Part shown: positions 34,601-45,928 of the stretch, piece after piece | Layout of the letters: each line of letters starts with the position of its first letter | How positions within the stretch are numbered: the first letter of the stretch is position 1 | Source: Cenarchaeum sp. | Lineage (GTDB): Archaea; Thermoproteota; Nitrososphaeria; Nitrososphaerales; Nitrosopumilaceae | DNA length: 64,000 nucleotides | Assembly: GCA_965242695.1 (NCBI GenBank) | Contig: CBDESU010000001.1 | Span: 1,056,001-1,120,000, forward strand | Direction of reading: 5' to 3' | The notes under the pieces: generated by a model | The model's database searches: none | What the model saw: only the letters and a program-made list of their open reading frames with translations | What the model was told of the DNA's origin: nothing | Translations under genes and position numbers: made by a program

Positions 34601-37600
34601 TTCAATGGGGCCGCAACTTGACAGTTGCGGAAGGCGCCACAATCCCTGGTATGCAAGCAGGTGGTTAGCCAGGCTTCAATGGGGCCGCAACTTGACAGTT
34701 GCGGAAGGCTCCGCTCGGTTAGCGGTCCTACGCGCCTATCACTGCTTCAATGGGGCCGCAACTTGACAGTTACGGAAGGGGCAAAGCGCTCCGGCCGCTC
34801 GGCGCGGAGTTTGCGGCTTCAATGGGGCCGCAACTTGACAGTTGCGGAAGGGCTTGTCCAAGGACTCGGCGCAATTCTGACAAAGCGCTTCAATGGGGCC
34901 GCAACTTGACAGTTGCGGAAGGCGTAACCCCGACACCGCTTCCCGAAGAGGACGAGCGGCTTCAATGGGGCCGCAACTTGACAGTTGCGGAAGGTCGGGA
35001 CCACGTCCCCAAGTTGGTAGGGGAGGACAGCTTCAATGGGGCCGCAACTTGACAGTTGCGGAAGGTGACGGGCGCAAACAAGACCATGAAGATGTTCGTA
35101 GCTTCAATGGGGCCGCAACTTGACAGTTGCGGAAGGGGGCTTGCCTCCTTTACGAAGACTGACGTGCAGGCCATGCTTCAATGGGGCCGCAACTTGACAG
35201 TTGCGGAAGGCAAACAACATGCTTGAATACCGTGCGTTGATTACTGGCTTCAATGGGGCCGCAACTTGACAGTTGCGGAAGGTGTGGGGCTTACTGCCCT
35301 GATATTCAAGGATTAAGCTTCAATGGGGCCGCAACTTGACAGTTGCGGAAGGTTTGGGAGGGCATTAGGCTCATCGACCCGAATATCGGCTTCAATGGGG
35401 CCGCAACTTGACAGTTGCGGAAGGCGCCCTAGATGTGTGGAATCTGACAGGCAACCCCAGCTTCAATGGGGCCGCAACTTGACAGTTGCGGAAGGAGGAC
35501 GGACAGGGGAGCACAGAATGACCGAGCGCTAGCTTCAATGGGGCCGCAACTTGACAGTTGCGGAAGGCGGACCGCTCAACGAGTTCGCACAGCGCTGCTC
35601 GGCGCTTCAATGGGGCCGCAACTTGACAGTTGCGGAAGGGTCGATTGGTGCAACGAACGCATCGCCGACGACAGCTTCAATGGGGCCGCAACTTGACAGT
35701 TGCGGAAGGCGTACGATCCAGACTTTGCCGTCATGGACGCCGGCGGGCTTCAATGGGGCCGCAACTTGACAGTTGCGGAAGGCGGTTGACAGGGGAGTTG
35801 GCCACCGCCCTGCGCGGGGCTTCAATGGGGCCGCAACTTGACAGTTGCGGAAGGCGCAAAGAGATTTTGCCGGTCGGCGGCGTGCAGGCTGGGCTTCAAT
35901 GGGGCCGCAACTTGACAGTTGCGGAAGGACTGGGAATGGGTAAAGACGGTAGCCACGCTTCTAGCTTCAATGGGGCCGCAACTTGACAGTTGCGGAAGGA
36001 TCATGGCCGTCCACGGGGTTGCCTTTTTTTCAACCGCGCTTCAATGGGGCCGCAACTTGACAGTTGCGGAAGGCATTATGAGATCGGTAGTGTGTTTTTG
36101 ATCCTGCTCGCTTCAATGGGGCCGCAACTTGACAGTTGCGGAAGGCCCTGAAGCGCCTTCAGCGCCCCCGCCCCACGCCTGCTTCAATGGGGCCGCAACT
36201 TGACAGTTGCGGAAGGTGAGATCGGCGGCCCCGTCGGGGCCTAGCGCAGGTGCTTCAATGGGGCCGCAACTTGACAGTTGCGGAAGGCGGTGGGGGCTGT
36301 GCCTGCCGACGCGATTGAGGATGGCTTCAATGGGGCCGCAACTTGACAGTTGCGGAAGGACGATCCTGGGGGAACGCCGGAGCAGGGCTGCTTCAAGCTT
36401 CAATGGGGCCGCAACTTGACAGTTGCGGAAGGGCCGACGGGCTTGGCCCGCAGGGCGAAGATTGGCTTGCTTCAATGGGGCCGCAACTTGACAGTTGCGG
36501 AAGGTACGTCAGGCGGCATCCCGACCTGTGCTGCATGATGCTTCAATGGGGCCGCAACTTGACAGTTGCGGAAGGAGCGCTGCATGAGCCTGCCGCTTAA
36601 CGGGGGGGGCTTCAATGGGGCCGCAACTTGACAGTTGCGGAAGGTATGCGGCAAGCCCGCCCAGCACTCGGACGCGCCTTGCTTCAATGGGGCCGCAACT
36701 TGACAGTTGCGGAAGGGGTCGGGTTCGCACTGTGGCGACTCGGTAAGGCCTATGCTTCAATGGGGCCGCAACTTGACAGTTGCGGAAGGATGTACAATGC
36801 GGCCGTACGCGCGCAAAAATCGCAGGGCTTCAATGGGGCCGCAACTTGACAGTTGCGGAAGGGGGCGGCCCGCCTGCGCCTGGCGTCCGACGCCCGCCGG
36901 CTTCAATGGGGCCGCAACTTGACAGTTGCGGAAGGACGATTCCGACTTCAATGCCGTCGGCCAATCCGCGGGCTTCAATGGGGCCGCAACTTGACAGTTG
37001 CGGAAGGATTTGCCCGAATATCTGACGGGCCTTGGCCAACCCGCTTCAATGGGGCCGCAACTTGACAGTTGCGGAAGGCGGCACGCCGTTCAACTGCAAG
37101 TATTACCGCGTCGGGCTTCAATGGGGCCGCAACTTGACAGTTGCGGAAGGCAGATGACAAGCCGTCAAAGGGGGCGCGCCCGACATGCTTCAATGGGGCC
37201 GCAACTTGACAGTTGCGGAAGGGCGGCGCCCCAGCGCAGGGCCGCGCTAGGCCTGCCCGCTTCAATGGGGCCGCAACTTGACAGTTGCGGAAGGGGCTCA
37301 ACGCCAGGGCCGTGTAAACGTCGCCGTGCCTGCTTCAATGGGGCCGCAACTTGACAGTTGCGGAAGGGGGGGGGCGCTCGCGCTGGGGCGGCCCGCACGG
37401 GCTTTGCTTCAATGGGGCCGCAACTTGACAGTTGCGGAAGGGCGTGGGCGCCATGCAGGATGAGGGCGGTGCGTTTGGCTTCAATGGGGCCGCAACTTGA
37501 CAGTTGCGGAAGGACAGGGGCGCCCGCCGCCGGCGGCATGGCCTGCTGGGCTTCAATGGGGCCGCAACTTGACAGTTGCGGAAGGGGCGATCCGTGGAAG

Positions 37601-40404
37601 TGGGACCGTCTGCGCAAGGAGCTTCAATGGGGCCGCAACTTGACAGTTGCGGAAGGGACGCGAGGCGGGTGCGCGCGGTCTCTACGGCGGTAGCTTCAAT
37701 GGGGCCGCAACTTGACAGTTGCGGAAGGGGGACGTGCCACGTGCAGTTCGATCACCCACCCGGGGCGCTTCAATGGGGCCGCAACTTGACAGTTGCGGAA
37801 GGCACCAGGCGTGGTCGTTCGCCGACGGCGTCACTGCGCTTCAATGGGGCCGCAACTTGACAGTTGCGGAAGGAGTCCGCGACGCCATGACGCCGCTCGA
37901 AAAGGCCGCGCTTCAATGGGGCCGCAACTTGACAGTTGCGGAAGGCGCCGGCATTCCGCGACGCGCGCGGGGCATGTCGGGCGCTTCAATGGGGCCGCAA
38001 CTTGACAGTTGCGGAAGGATAGCTCTCGGTCACGTCCCGCAGCAGCATCCGGATGCTTCAATGGGGCCGCAACTTGACAGTTGCGGAAGGCATCAAGCGA
38101 ACAAAGAAGGCGGGCAGGGCCCTAGGGCTTCAATGGGGCCGCAACTTGACAGTTGCGGAAGGCTCGGCCCTGGTCTACGGGCCGGCGGCCCAGAGCGGGC
38201 TTCAATGGGGCCGCAACTTGACAGTTGCGGAAGGATGCCTGATGCGCCAGGATGCGGACGGCGATCTCCGTGCTTCAATGGGGCCGCAACTTGACAGTTG
38301 CGGAAGGCATTGCGCCGGTAAAGCCAAAGGGCAGGCTATATACCCGCTTCAATGGGGCCGCAACTTGACAGTTGCGGAAGGGCCAATCATGCCTCTCCTA
38401 CGCGGAAGAGGTATATAAGGCTTCAATGGGGCCGCAACTTGACAGTTGCGGAAGGCGGCGTGGTGCGGGCGTACGCCCGCGCCAGGTCCTGCTTCAATGG
38501 GGCCGCAACTTGACAGTTGCGGAAGGATGCATATAGCGGGCCGCAGGCGCTAGCGCGGCGTGGCTTCAATGGGGCCGCAACTTGACAGTTGCGGAAGGGG
38601 GCGCGGCGGGCCGCCGCGCGGCAGGAAACCCCCAAGCTTCAATGGGGCCGCAACTTGACAGTTGCGGAAGGCTGGATGAAGTGGCGCGCCTGGCGCCGGC
38701 GGAGTATGCTTCAATGGGGCCGCAACTTGACAGTTGCGGAAGGCCGCGGCCTCGGCGTCGAGTGCAAGGTCGAGCTCGGGCTTCAATGGGGCCGCAACTT
38801 GACAGTTGCGGAAGGGGACATGACCGTACACGACTGCATCATTGCCGCACTGCTTCAATGGGGCCGCAACTTGACAGTTGCGGAAGGATATATGTCATCT
38901 AAGTACGTTGGCTCACAGTGGCTAGCTTCAATGGGGCCGCAACTTGACAGTTGCGGAAGGGGCACTGCTCGCAGCGCCCCCGCCCGACGGCCGCGCTTCA
39001 ATGGGGCCGCAACTTGACAGTTGCGGAAGGTGTTTGCCCTCAACTTTTCCTGATCCGATTATGAGGCTTCAATGGGGCCGCAACTTGACAGTTGCGGAAG
39101 GCGGCGACAGCCTCGACGCCCAGGACTACGGCAACCAGCTTCAATGGGGCCGCAACTTGACAGTTGCGGAAGGTTATATCCACTCGGCGCGGGGCGCCGG
39201 TAAGGATGCTTCAATGGGGCCGCAACTTGACAGTTGCGGAAGGGACGTGCGGCAGACAATGCAGGCTGCCGAGTCGATGCTTCAATGGGGCCGCAACTTG
39301 ACAGTTGCGGAAGGGGGCCACCGCCCCATAGTCCCGCACCGCCGTCCTGTGCTTCAATGGGGCCGCAACTTGACAGTTGCGGAAGGAGGCGTGGATCCGA
39401 TCGCCAAAAACAAAAGGGTTAGCTTCAATGGGGCCGCAACTTGACAGTTGCGGAAGGACGGCAAGTCGCTCATCGTCCGCCTCGGCGCCGCGCGCTTCAA
39501 TGGGGCCGCAACTTGACAGTTGCGGAAGGGTGCAGCATGTCCGAGCCTGCCGATGGGCAGGGGCCGGCTTCAATGGGGCCGCAACTTGACAGTTGCGGAA
39601 GGCGCCTTCAAGTTGGGCGTGCGGGCCGTAGCCGACGAGCTTCAATGGGGCCGCAACTTGACAGTTGCGGAAGGTCGTGTCGGACACGTTCCCGGCGCCC
39701 TCGGCGGCCGCGGCTTCAATGGGGCCGCAACTTGACAGTTGCGGAAGGGCCCGCGGACCCGAGCGACACGCACGGCCCGCCCGAAGCTTCAATGGGGCCG
39801 CAACTTGACAGTTGCGGAAGGCGCGCCGCGATCTCATCTTGGAGCGAGCCGGACGGCAGGCTTCAATGGGGCCGCAACTTGACAGTTGCGGAAGGCGGAA
39901 TCTCGCGGGGATCAGACACGCGGACGTTGACCGCTTCAATGGGGCCGCAACTTGACAGTTGCGGAAGGAGATCATTCCCAGACTGGCGAGCGTTGGAATC
40001 CGCCGAGCTTCAATGGGGCCGCAACTTGACAGTTGCGGAAGGCTCTTAAGGCACAAGGGGGGCGGGCCGCCCGTTGAGGCTTCAATGGGGCCGCAACTTG
40101 ACAGTTGCGGAAGGGTCCGGCACGGTCGCCGACGACGGCAATCTAAAGGCGCTTCAATGGGGCCGCAACTTGACAGTTGCGGAAGGCCACGCATCGACCA
40201 GGCCCGCCGACAGAACGTCCGCGCTTCAATGGGGCCGCAACTTGACAGTTGCGGAAGGCAGGCGGCCGCGCGGTTGCGGCGTGGGCCTAACCACGGCTTC
40301 AATGGGGCCGCAACTTGACAGTTGCGGAAGGAGGCGGCGGCCGAGCGCGACAAAAAGGGGGCCATTGGGCTTCAATGGGGCCGCAACTTGACAGTTGCGG
40401 AAGG
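16688..40404 (-). CRISPR. Type I-G CRISPR array, 36-bp repeat CCTTCCGCAACTGTCAAGTTGCGGCCCCATTGAAGC (minus strand), about 330 repeats with spacers of roughly 34-39 bp
   Basis: Repeat read directly; count estimated from 23.7 kb at about 72 bp per unit. Orientation from the ATTGAAGC 3' end, the leader next to cas2 and degenerate repeats at the opposite end. Rare point variants at 16972, 17329, about 22883, 27351 and about 34744. Confidence 0.99.
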
Positions 40405-40602
40405 CCTGCGACGGACAACCATTTGTCCGCAGCTCGGCCGGCACAGTGATCATATGTGGGCTTTGGCTCCTGCTTGCCGTGTTTTTGCATTCAGTCGCGG
40501 TGGCGCCATCTCCGGCATTATAAGCAGGCGGCGAGCGCCCCAGGGGCCGAACCCCCTCACCGGGCCGCTCGCGCGCCCCCGGCGCCACCGCCCCCGATCG
40601 CA
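40405..40602 (-). promoter_or_regulatory. CRISPR leader with TATA-like box (TTATAA at 40518-40523)
   Basis: Non-coding region between the cas2 stop and the first intact repeat. Confidence 0.75.
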
Positions 40603-40905
40603 TCATACGACAAACGACGGCCTCCTTCCCCCGCCCGGCTGCAGCTTCACGCCGATCGTCTCTATGCGCCCGTCCGATGCATCCCCGTACGAGGGGCCCA
40701 CATCGACGACCAGCACCCTGTCCTGGGCGTAGTCGAGCAGGTCGGCAAGGTCCTCGCGGAGCCCCGTCAGCTCTATCCGGCTCAGGTCGCAGGCGAACAC
40801 CGAGTACTGCATGCGGTCGCCGTACCCGAGCATGGTCTTATAGGTCTGCTGGCGCCGCTTTGAATCCGCCACATCGTACGCCACAATGTACCTGTTCCGC
40901 GCCAT
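40603..40905 (-). CDS. cas2: Cas2
   Basis: YIVAYDV...GYGDRMQYSVFACDL...DRVLVVDVG. Confidence 0.96.
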   Translation of the reverse strand: MARNRYIVAYDVADSKRRQQTYKTMLGYGDRMQYSVFACDLSRIELTGLREDLADLLDYAQDRVLVVDVGPSYGDASDGRIETIGVKLQPGGGRRPSFVV

Positions 40906-40921
40906 CCGCACCCACCGCGCC

Positions 40922-42703
40922 CTACCGCGTCCTGAACGAGGGGTACGACGGCACCTCGCCTAGCAGGTGCCTCGTTAAGAGCCGCGCCTGCGTGGCCATC
41001 ACACGCCGGTAGCTTGCCGCGTACCCGAGCAGCGGGTGCGATACCTGCTCGTCGAGCCGCCGGTTGTACGCCATGATTGCCCTCTTCCTGCCGGCGGCGT
41101 TCAGGCTCGTCCCGACCCCCGCCCTCACAAAGTCGGACGGCCCGATCTCGCCGCCGTTTACCATCCGCAGGCACACAGAGTCTGCCACAAGCGGGCGGAA
41201 CTCCTCCATCAAGTCCAGCGCCAGCGCCGGCTTGCCGTGCTTTGGCCTGTGCAGGTACCCCAGGTGCGGGTCGAGTCCGACGCGGCTCGCAGTCACAGCC
41301 GCATCCTTTGCAAGCATCGAGTACAGGTATGACAGCAGCGCGTTGACGGGGTCTGTCGGCGGGCGGCGCCTGCGCCCCTCCAGCCGGAACTCGGCCGCCG
41401 CCCCGGCATCCTTCACCATCGTGCTGAACTTTCCAAAGTACGTGCGCGCGGCCATGCCCTCTATGCCTAGCAGCGCCTCGTAGCTCCTCTCCTTCAGGGC
41501 CCGCTCGGCCAGCCCGTCGAGGTCAGATACGGCCGCGGCCACCCCCTCGTCCCCCGCCGGCCCGTTCCTCCGCAGCATCGTCGCGCAGTTGCGCGCCTTG
41601 CCGTGCACGATGCGCCGCGCAATGTCCATCGAGCCCCTCTGGTCCGAGTACATCCTATGCTGCGCGATGCGCAAGTGCACGTTCCGGCCGGACATCCCCG
41701 AGAGTATTCCGTAGAACCAGCCGCCGTACGACATGTAGCAGACCGGAATGTTGCGCACGGCGAGCTCGCGCAGCGCCTGCGTCGTGACCTGGACGTTGCC
41801 GAGGACGGTAACCTCCGATATGTCAAGAAGCTTGAACTCTTCCTCGGCCCCGCCCTTGCGCCTCACGACGAGCCGGTCGCCCGACTTTTTGACCGTCGCC
41901 CACTGCTCCTGCACGAACAGCGGGACGGTGTCGTTGCGCACGGGATACATCCGCCTCACCTGGTCCTTCGTCACGCTTCCGCCTCCGCCTTCGCCGTCGC
42001 CGGACAGCAGGTTGACCTCGTCGGGGAGACAAATGCCGACAAGCGAGCAGCCGGGGCACTTTGGGCTGTCGTAGAGCGGCGGCGGAAGGGTCTCAGACTC
42101 TGCATCGAGGCGGAACTCGGCGATCAGGGCGCGCGTGTGCGTCTCGAGATCCTCGTCGATCGGCACCTCGATGCGCCGCTTGGAGCCGATATAGTACACG
42201 GTGCCGCTGTCGCACTCGAAGCCGTTGGCCCGGAGCAGCAGCGCCTGCGCGCACACGTGCACCCTGTGGTCGAGGTACGTCCGCTCGGGCGTGTCGGGGA
42301 CCGTCCCGCGCTTGTGCTCGACCGGCGTCGCCTTTTTCCCCTCGGCCTCTAGCACGTCGAGCTTGCCGACGAGTCCCAGCTCCGGGTCGGAGAGCATCAT
42401 CGAGCGGGAGTGGATGGTCTCAGACTTCTTGCCAGCTCCCTTCTTGTCGCCGGCACCCCTGTCGTCAGGACCGCCGTCCCGCTCGGCCGCCTCCTCGGCC
42501 ATGCGCCTCTGGCCCGCCGGCCTGTCGACGTTGCGGTGCTTTAGCCTGCCGTCCACGGTGTATTCGTTGTGCTCGAACTCGCCCTGCACGTGCTCTAGGT
42601 ACCCAAGTCGCCGGCAGTACGAGTATTGGACGAGCATGCGGACGGGGATCAGGTCCTGCGCGGGCGCAGGTGCCTCGGCATTCTGCCCCTCCGCATCCGG
42701 CAT
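40922..42703 (-). CDS. cas4/cas1: Cas4-Cas1 fusion
   Basis: Cas4: YSYCRR, GKLDVLE, PVEHKRG, CAQALLL, KCPGCSLVGICLP. Cas1: LLGIEGMAARTYF, RRPPTDPVNALLSYLY, GYLH, LALDLMEEFRP. Start set at ATG 42703. Confidence 0.96.
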   Translation of the reverse strand: MPDAEGQNAEAPAPAQDLIPVRMLVQYSYCRRLGYLEHVQGEFEHNEYTVDGRLKHRNVDRPAGQRRMAEEAAERDGGPDDRGAGDKKGAGKKSETIHSRSMMLSDPELGLVGKLDVLEAEGKKATPVEHKRGTVPDTPERTYLDHRVHVCAQALLLRANGFECDSGTVYYIGSKRRIEVPIDEDLETHTRALIAEFRLDAESETLPPPLYDSPKCPGCSLVGICLPDEVNLLSGDGEGGGGSVTKDQVRRMYPVRNDTVPLFVQEQWATVKKSGDRLVVRRKGGAEEEFKLLDISEVTVLGNVQVTTQALRELAVRNIPVCYMSYGGWFYGILSGMSGRNVHLRIAQHRMYSDQRGSMDIARRIVHGKARNCATMLRRNGPAGDEGVAAAVSDLDGLAERALKERSYEALLGIEGMAARTYFGKFSTMVKDAGAAAEFRLEGRRRRPPTDPVNALLSYLYSMLAKDAAVTASRVGLDPHLGYLHRPKHGKPALALDLMEEFRPLVADSVCLRMVNGGEIGPSDFVRAGVGTSLNAAGRKRAIMAYNRRLDEQVSHPLLGYAASYRRVMATQARLLTRHLLGEVPSYPSFRTR

Positions 42704-42805
42704 GCCGCCCCTTCGCGCGCGCGGACCTAGTGCGCGGCGCCAAATGCGGTTGACGCCGTGGTGAGGAAAAGTTGACAGCGCGCGGCTGCCCCGCACCACA
42801 CTACA

Positions 42806-42825
42806 CCGCACCGCATAAATCCGCC
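42806..42825 (+). promoter_or_regulatory. Conserved 20-bp TPR-gene promoter motif CCGCACCGCATAAATCCGCC (also 44458, 45891, 50915, 52038, 56416, 57715; variant at 55976)
   Basis: Seven identical copies, each beginning 37-38 bp before a TPR start codon; ATAAAT sits at TATA-box distance. Confidence 0.85.
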
Positions 42826-42842
42826 CCGTACAGCCCGCCCCC

Positions 42843-43901
42843 GTGAGCGAAGACGGCAAGGAGGAGCACGAGCTCCCGCGCATACGCCTAAGCTACATCA
42901 CGGGCCCCGACGACGGCCCCGACGACGGCCCCGAAGAGGGGCGCGGCGGGGAAAGAGAGGGAGGCGGGCTGCCAGACCTCGCATCCTGCAAGGAGGCCGT
43001 CCGCCGCGACCCGGCCAGCATCAAGGCCCGCATGGAGCTCGCCACGGTCCTGCTCGCGTCCGGGCGCCTTGCCGCCGCGATCGCCGCCCTCGACGAGGCC
43101 GTGCGGATCGACCCGACCGGCGCCGAGGCGAACGCCATGCACGGCGCCGCGCTCCTGCGCGCCTCCAAGAGCGCCGAGGCCGAGCGCGCGTTCGGGGCCG
43201 CCGTCGCGGCCGACCCCGGCTACATCGCGGCCCACATCGGCCGGGCCGTCTCGCTCATGGGCCTCGGCAGGTACGCCGACGCGTCAGAGGCGTTCGCCGA
43301 GGCGGCGCGCAACGATCCCAAGAGCATCGATGCCAGGATCGGGCGCGGCGATACGCTGATCGCAACGGGCCGCCGCGACGAGGCCCTCGCGTCGTTCGAC
43401 GAGGCGCTGCGGATCGACCCCGGCAACGCGATGGTACACGCAAGGAGGGGCCGCGCGCTGCTCGAGACGGGCAGGCCCAGGAAGGCGCTCGCCGCGTTCA
43501 CGAGGGCCGCGCGGGCCGAGCCGAGGCTCGTCGATGCCCACATCGGGAGGGGCCATGCGCTGCTCGGGCTGGACAGGTACGAAAAGGGGCTTGCGGCATT
43601 CACGAGGGCGGCCCGCATTGACCCGCGCAGCCTGCCGGCCCACATGGGGCGCGCCGAGGCCCTCAGCGGCCTAGACCGCCCCGAGGGGTCGCTCGCCGCG
43701 CTAGACAGGGCCGCGGCCGTCGAACCGCAGTCGCCCACCGTCATCTCTGCGCGCGGAGGGGTGCTGTACGGCATGGGGCGGGTCGACGAGGGCATTGCGG
43801 CGCTCGAAGAGGCCGCCCGGCTCGCCCCCGACGACAAGTACCTTGCAAAGGTGATCGAAGAGCTGCGGCGGAGGAAGAAAGAGGGCGTGGCCGGGACTTG
43901 A
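42843..43901 (+). CDS. Tetratricopeptide repeat protein 1
   Basis: Tandem 34-aa TPRs (ALAAF.RA.R.DP...AH.GRG.AL..LGR). Confidence 0.92.
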   Translation: MSEDGKEEHELPRIRLSYITGPDDGPDDGPEEGRGGEREGGGLPDLASCKEAVRRDPASIKARMELATVLLASGRLAAAIAALDEAVRIDPTGAEANAMHGAALLRASKSAEAERAFGAAVAADPGYIAAHIGRAVSLMGLGRYADASEAFAEAARNDPKSIDARIGRGDTLIATGRRDEALASFDEALRIDPGNAMVHARRGRALLETGRPRKALAAFTRAARAEPRLVDAHIGRGHALLGLDRYEKGLAAFTRAARIDPRSLPAHMGRAEALSGLDRPEGSLAALDRAAAVEPQSPTVISARGGVLYGMGRVDEGIAALEEAARLAPDDKYLAKVIEELRRRKKEGVAGT

Positions 43902-44056
43902 GCCGCGCGCGGATGGGCGGCCCATGCGGCCCGCTCGCGCAGAGTGTGATGCGGGCCTATGAAGTGTCCGAGGGGCCTAGCCGCGCGGAATTCGCACGGC
44001 CCGCGATCGCGCCAGGGCGGCGGATCGCGGCGCAGGTTGGAGCGGCCGGCGGGCCG

Positions 44057-44308
44057 TCAGCCGCAGGGGCTATCTCGCCTGACAAAGTCGAACGTGCGGT
44101 GCGCGTCCGCGGCGGCATCCCCCGGCCGCCCCTTTTCCACGCCGGCGCCGCCTTCCGCCCCGCCGCCCCGGTCCGGGAACAGGTGGTCGGTACGCTCCTT
44201 GGCCACCCTCATGGCCTCGACCTGCTCCGGCGTCGGCCCGCGCCGGAGGGCCGCCGTGACCGTTTCCCATTCCTCCTCCGTGAGCGACCGCACGTACCGC
44301 ATCCTCAT
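44057..44308 (-). CDS. Small putative antitoxin-like protein, paralogue of 59554-59733
   Basis: MRYVRSLTEEEWETVTAALRRGPTPEQVEAMRVAKER aligns with MREVEPLGDKQWAMLAEQLKEGPTPEMVRAVELARER; CATAAT about 25 bp upstream. Confidence 0.55.
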   Translation of the reverse strand: MRMRYVRSLTEEEWETVTAALRRGPTPEQVEAMRVAKERTDHLFPDRGGGAEGGAGVEKGRPGDAAADAHRTFDFVRRDSPCG

Positions 44309-44494
44309 GCGCCGGGGCGGCGCGCGGCGCCTATTATGCGTTGCCTGTGCATTCTGTGATATAGGGAGTAGGCATCCGAGGGGCGGCCGCGGAATCGCCC
44401 GGCCGATGCGCGCCGCAGAGGCGGCGGCACAAGGGCCGTAACGCGCCCCCCTCCGCTCCGCACCGCATAAATCCGCCCCTCCCGTCCCATCCCC

Positions 44495-45565
44495 ATGGCG
44501 GGCCCGGGCAGGGGAGGGGACGGCGGGAAAAAGGGCGGAGAAAGGGGCTCCAGGCCCCGGCGCCTGAGCCTGTGGTTCGGCATCGGCGGCGACCACGAGC
44601 GCCTGCTCAAGAGGGAGGGAAAGGGAATGGGGCCGCCGAACCTTGCCGCCAGCGAAGAGGCCGTCCGGCGCGACCCGGGCGACGTCGAGGCGCGCATAGA
44701 CCACGCCACGGCCCTGCTCGGCGCCGATCGCTGCGACGACGCGATCGCCGCCCTCGACGAGGCGCTGCGCATCGACCGCACGAGCGCCGGGGCGCACGCC
44801 CTGCGCGGCGGCATCCTCATGAACACGGGCAGGGCCGCCGAGGCCGTGCGCTCGTTCGAGGCCGCCGCCGAGGCCGATCCCCGCATGGCCGAGGCCCATA
44901 TCGGGCGCGGAGGATCCCTCATGAAGCTCGACAGGAACGAGGATGCCGAGGGTTCGTTCGCCGAGGCGGCCCGGGTCGAGCCGTCGAATCCGGACGCGCA
45001 CATCGGGCGCGGCGATGCGCTCAACGCGATGGGCCGCGGCGCCGAGGCCGTCTCGTCGTACGCCGAGGCGGCCCGGATCGAGCCGGGCAGGGTCGCGCCC
45101 CACGCAAAGATGGGCCATGTTCTGCTCGAGTTGGACAGGCACAAGGGGGCGCTTGCCGCGTTCGGAAGGGCCCTTAGGATCGAGCCGGGCCTGGTAGAGG
45201 CCCACGTCGGGAGGGGCCATGCGCTGCTCGGGACGGACAGGCCCAAGAGGGCGCTCGCCGCGTTCAGGAAGGCCGTGCGGCTCGATCCGGACAGCGGGGC
45301 GGCCCACTGCGGGCACGCCGAGGCGCTCTGGCGCCTCGGCCTCCCCGAAGAGGCGCTTGCCGCCGTCGACAGGGCCGTCCGCCTTGATCCTCGCGAGCCG
45401 GTCGCGCACTATGTGCGCGGCGGGATACTGTACGGCACGGGCCGCGCCGGCGAGGGAACCGCCGAGCTGGAAGAGGCGGCCCGGCTCGACCCCGACGACG
45501 GGCACATTGCAAGGACGCTCTACATGGTGCGGCGCAGGGACGGGAAGAGGGTGCAGGGGCAGTAG
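44495..45565 (+). CDS. TPR protein 2
   Basis: TPR repeats; promoter motif at 44458. Confidence 0.92.
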   Translation: MAGPGRGGDGGKKGGERGSRPRRLSLWFGIGGDHERLLKREGKGMGPPNLAASEEAVRRDPGDVEARIDHATALLGADRCDDAIAALDEALRIDRTSAGAHALRGGILMNTGRAAEAVRSFEAAAEADPRMAEAHIGRGGSLMKLDRNEDAEGSFAEAARVEPSNPDAHIGRGDALNAMGRGAEAVSSYAEAARIEPGRVAPHAKMGHVLLELDRHKGALAAFGRALRIEPGLVEAHVGRGHALLGTDRPKRALAAFRKAVRLDPDSGAAHCGHAEALWRLGLPEEALAAVDRAVRLDPREPVAHYVRGGILYGTGRAGEGTAELEEAARLDPDDGHIARTLYMVRRRDGKRVQGQ

Positions 45566-45928
45566 CGCGGCGCGCGGCGGCCGCGGACCGGCGGCCCCGC
45601 TCCGGGCAGTTCCGCCCCGGCCGCCATGCCCGCGATCGATCGCGCAGCCGCTGCAACCGCCTCCATGCCCCCCAAGCCCGGCAGGAATAAGAGGGCATTC
45701 AGCCTCATGGGCCGCCCCGCCCGAAAAGGCCGAATATGCGGGGCGCAGCGGCTGCCCTTCCCCCTTCTCCCCGCCCTGTCCCTGCCGCCGCCTGTCCCGG
45801 CCGCCCGGCCCGCGGGCGGCGGCGCGCGCCGCGCCGCACCGCGCCGCGCCGCATCCCATGAAAGATGCTCCCCCTGCTCCTCCCAGCCGCCCGCACCGCA
45901 TAAATCCGCCCCCTCCCGCCACGCCCGC

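Noticed and set aside
16650-40400. Hundreds of ORFs containing LQWGRNLTVAEG, MGPQLDSCGR or FRNCQVAAPLK
   Set aside because: Translations of the CRISPR repeat, not genes.
16688-40404. Self-targeting spacers, or array spacers matching the three ectopic inserts
   Set aside because: None seen by eye; not excluded without a computed alignment.
42703-42883. N-terminal extensions of cas4/cas1 (to 42883), csb2 (to 12306) and TPR3, TPR4 and TPR5 in the ORF track
   Set aside because: They overlap neighbouring genes or promoter motifs; downstream starts fit better.
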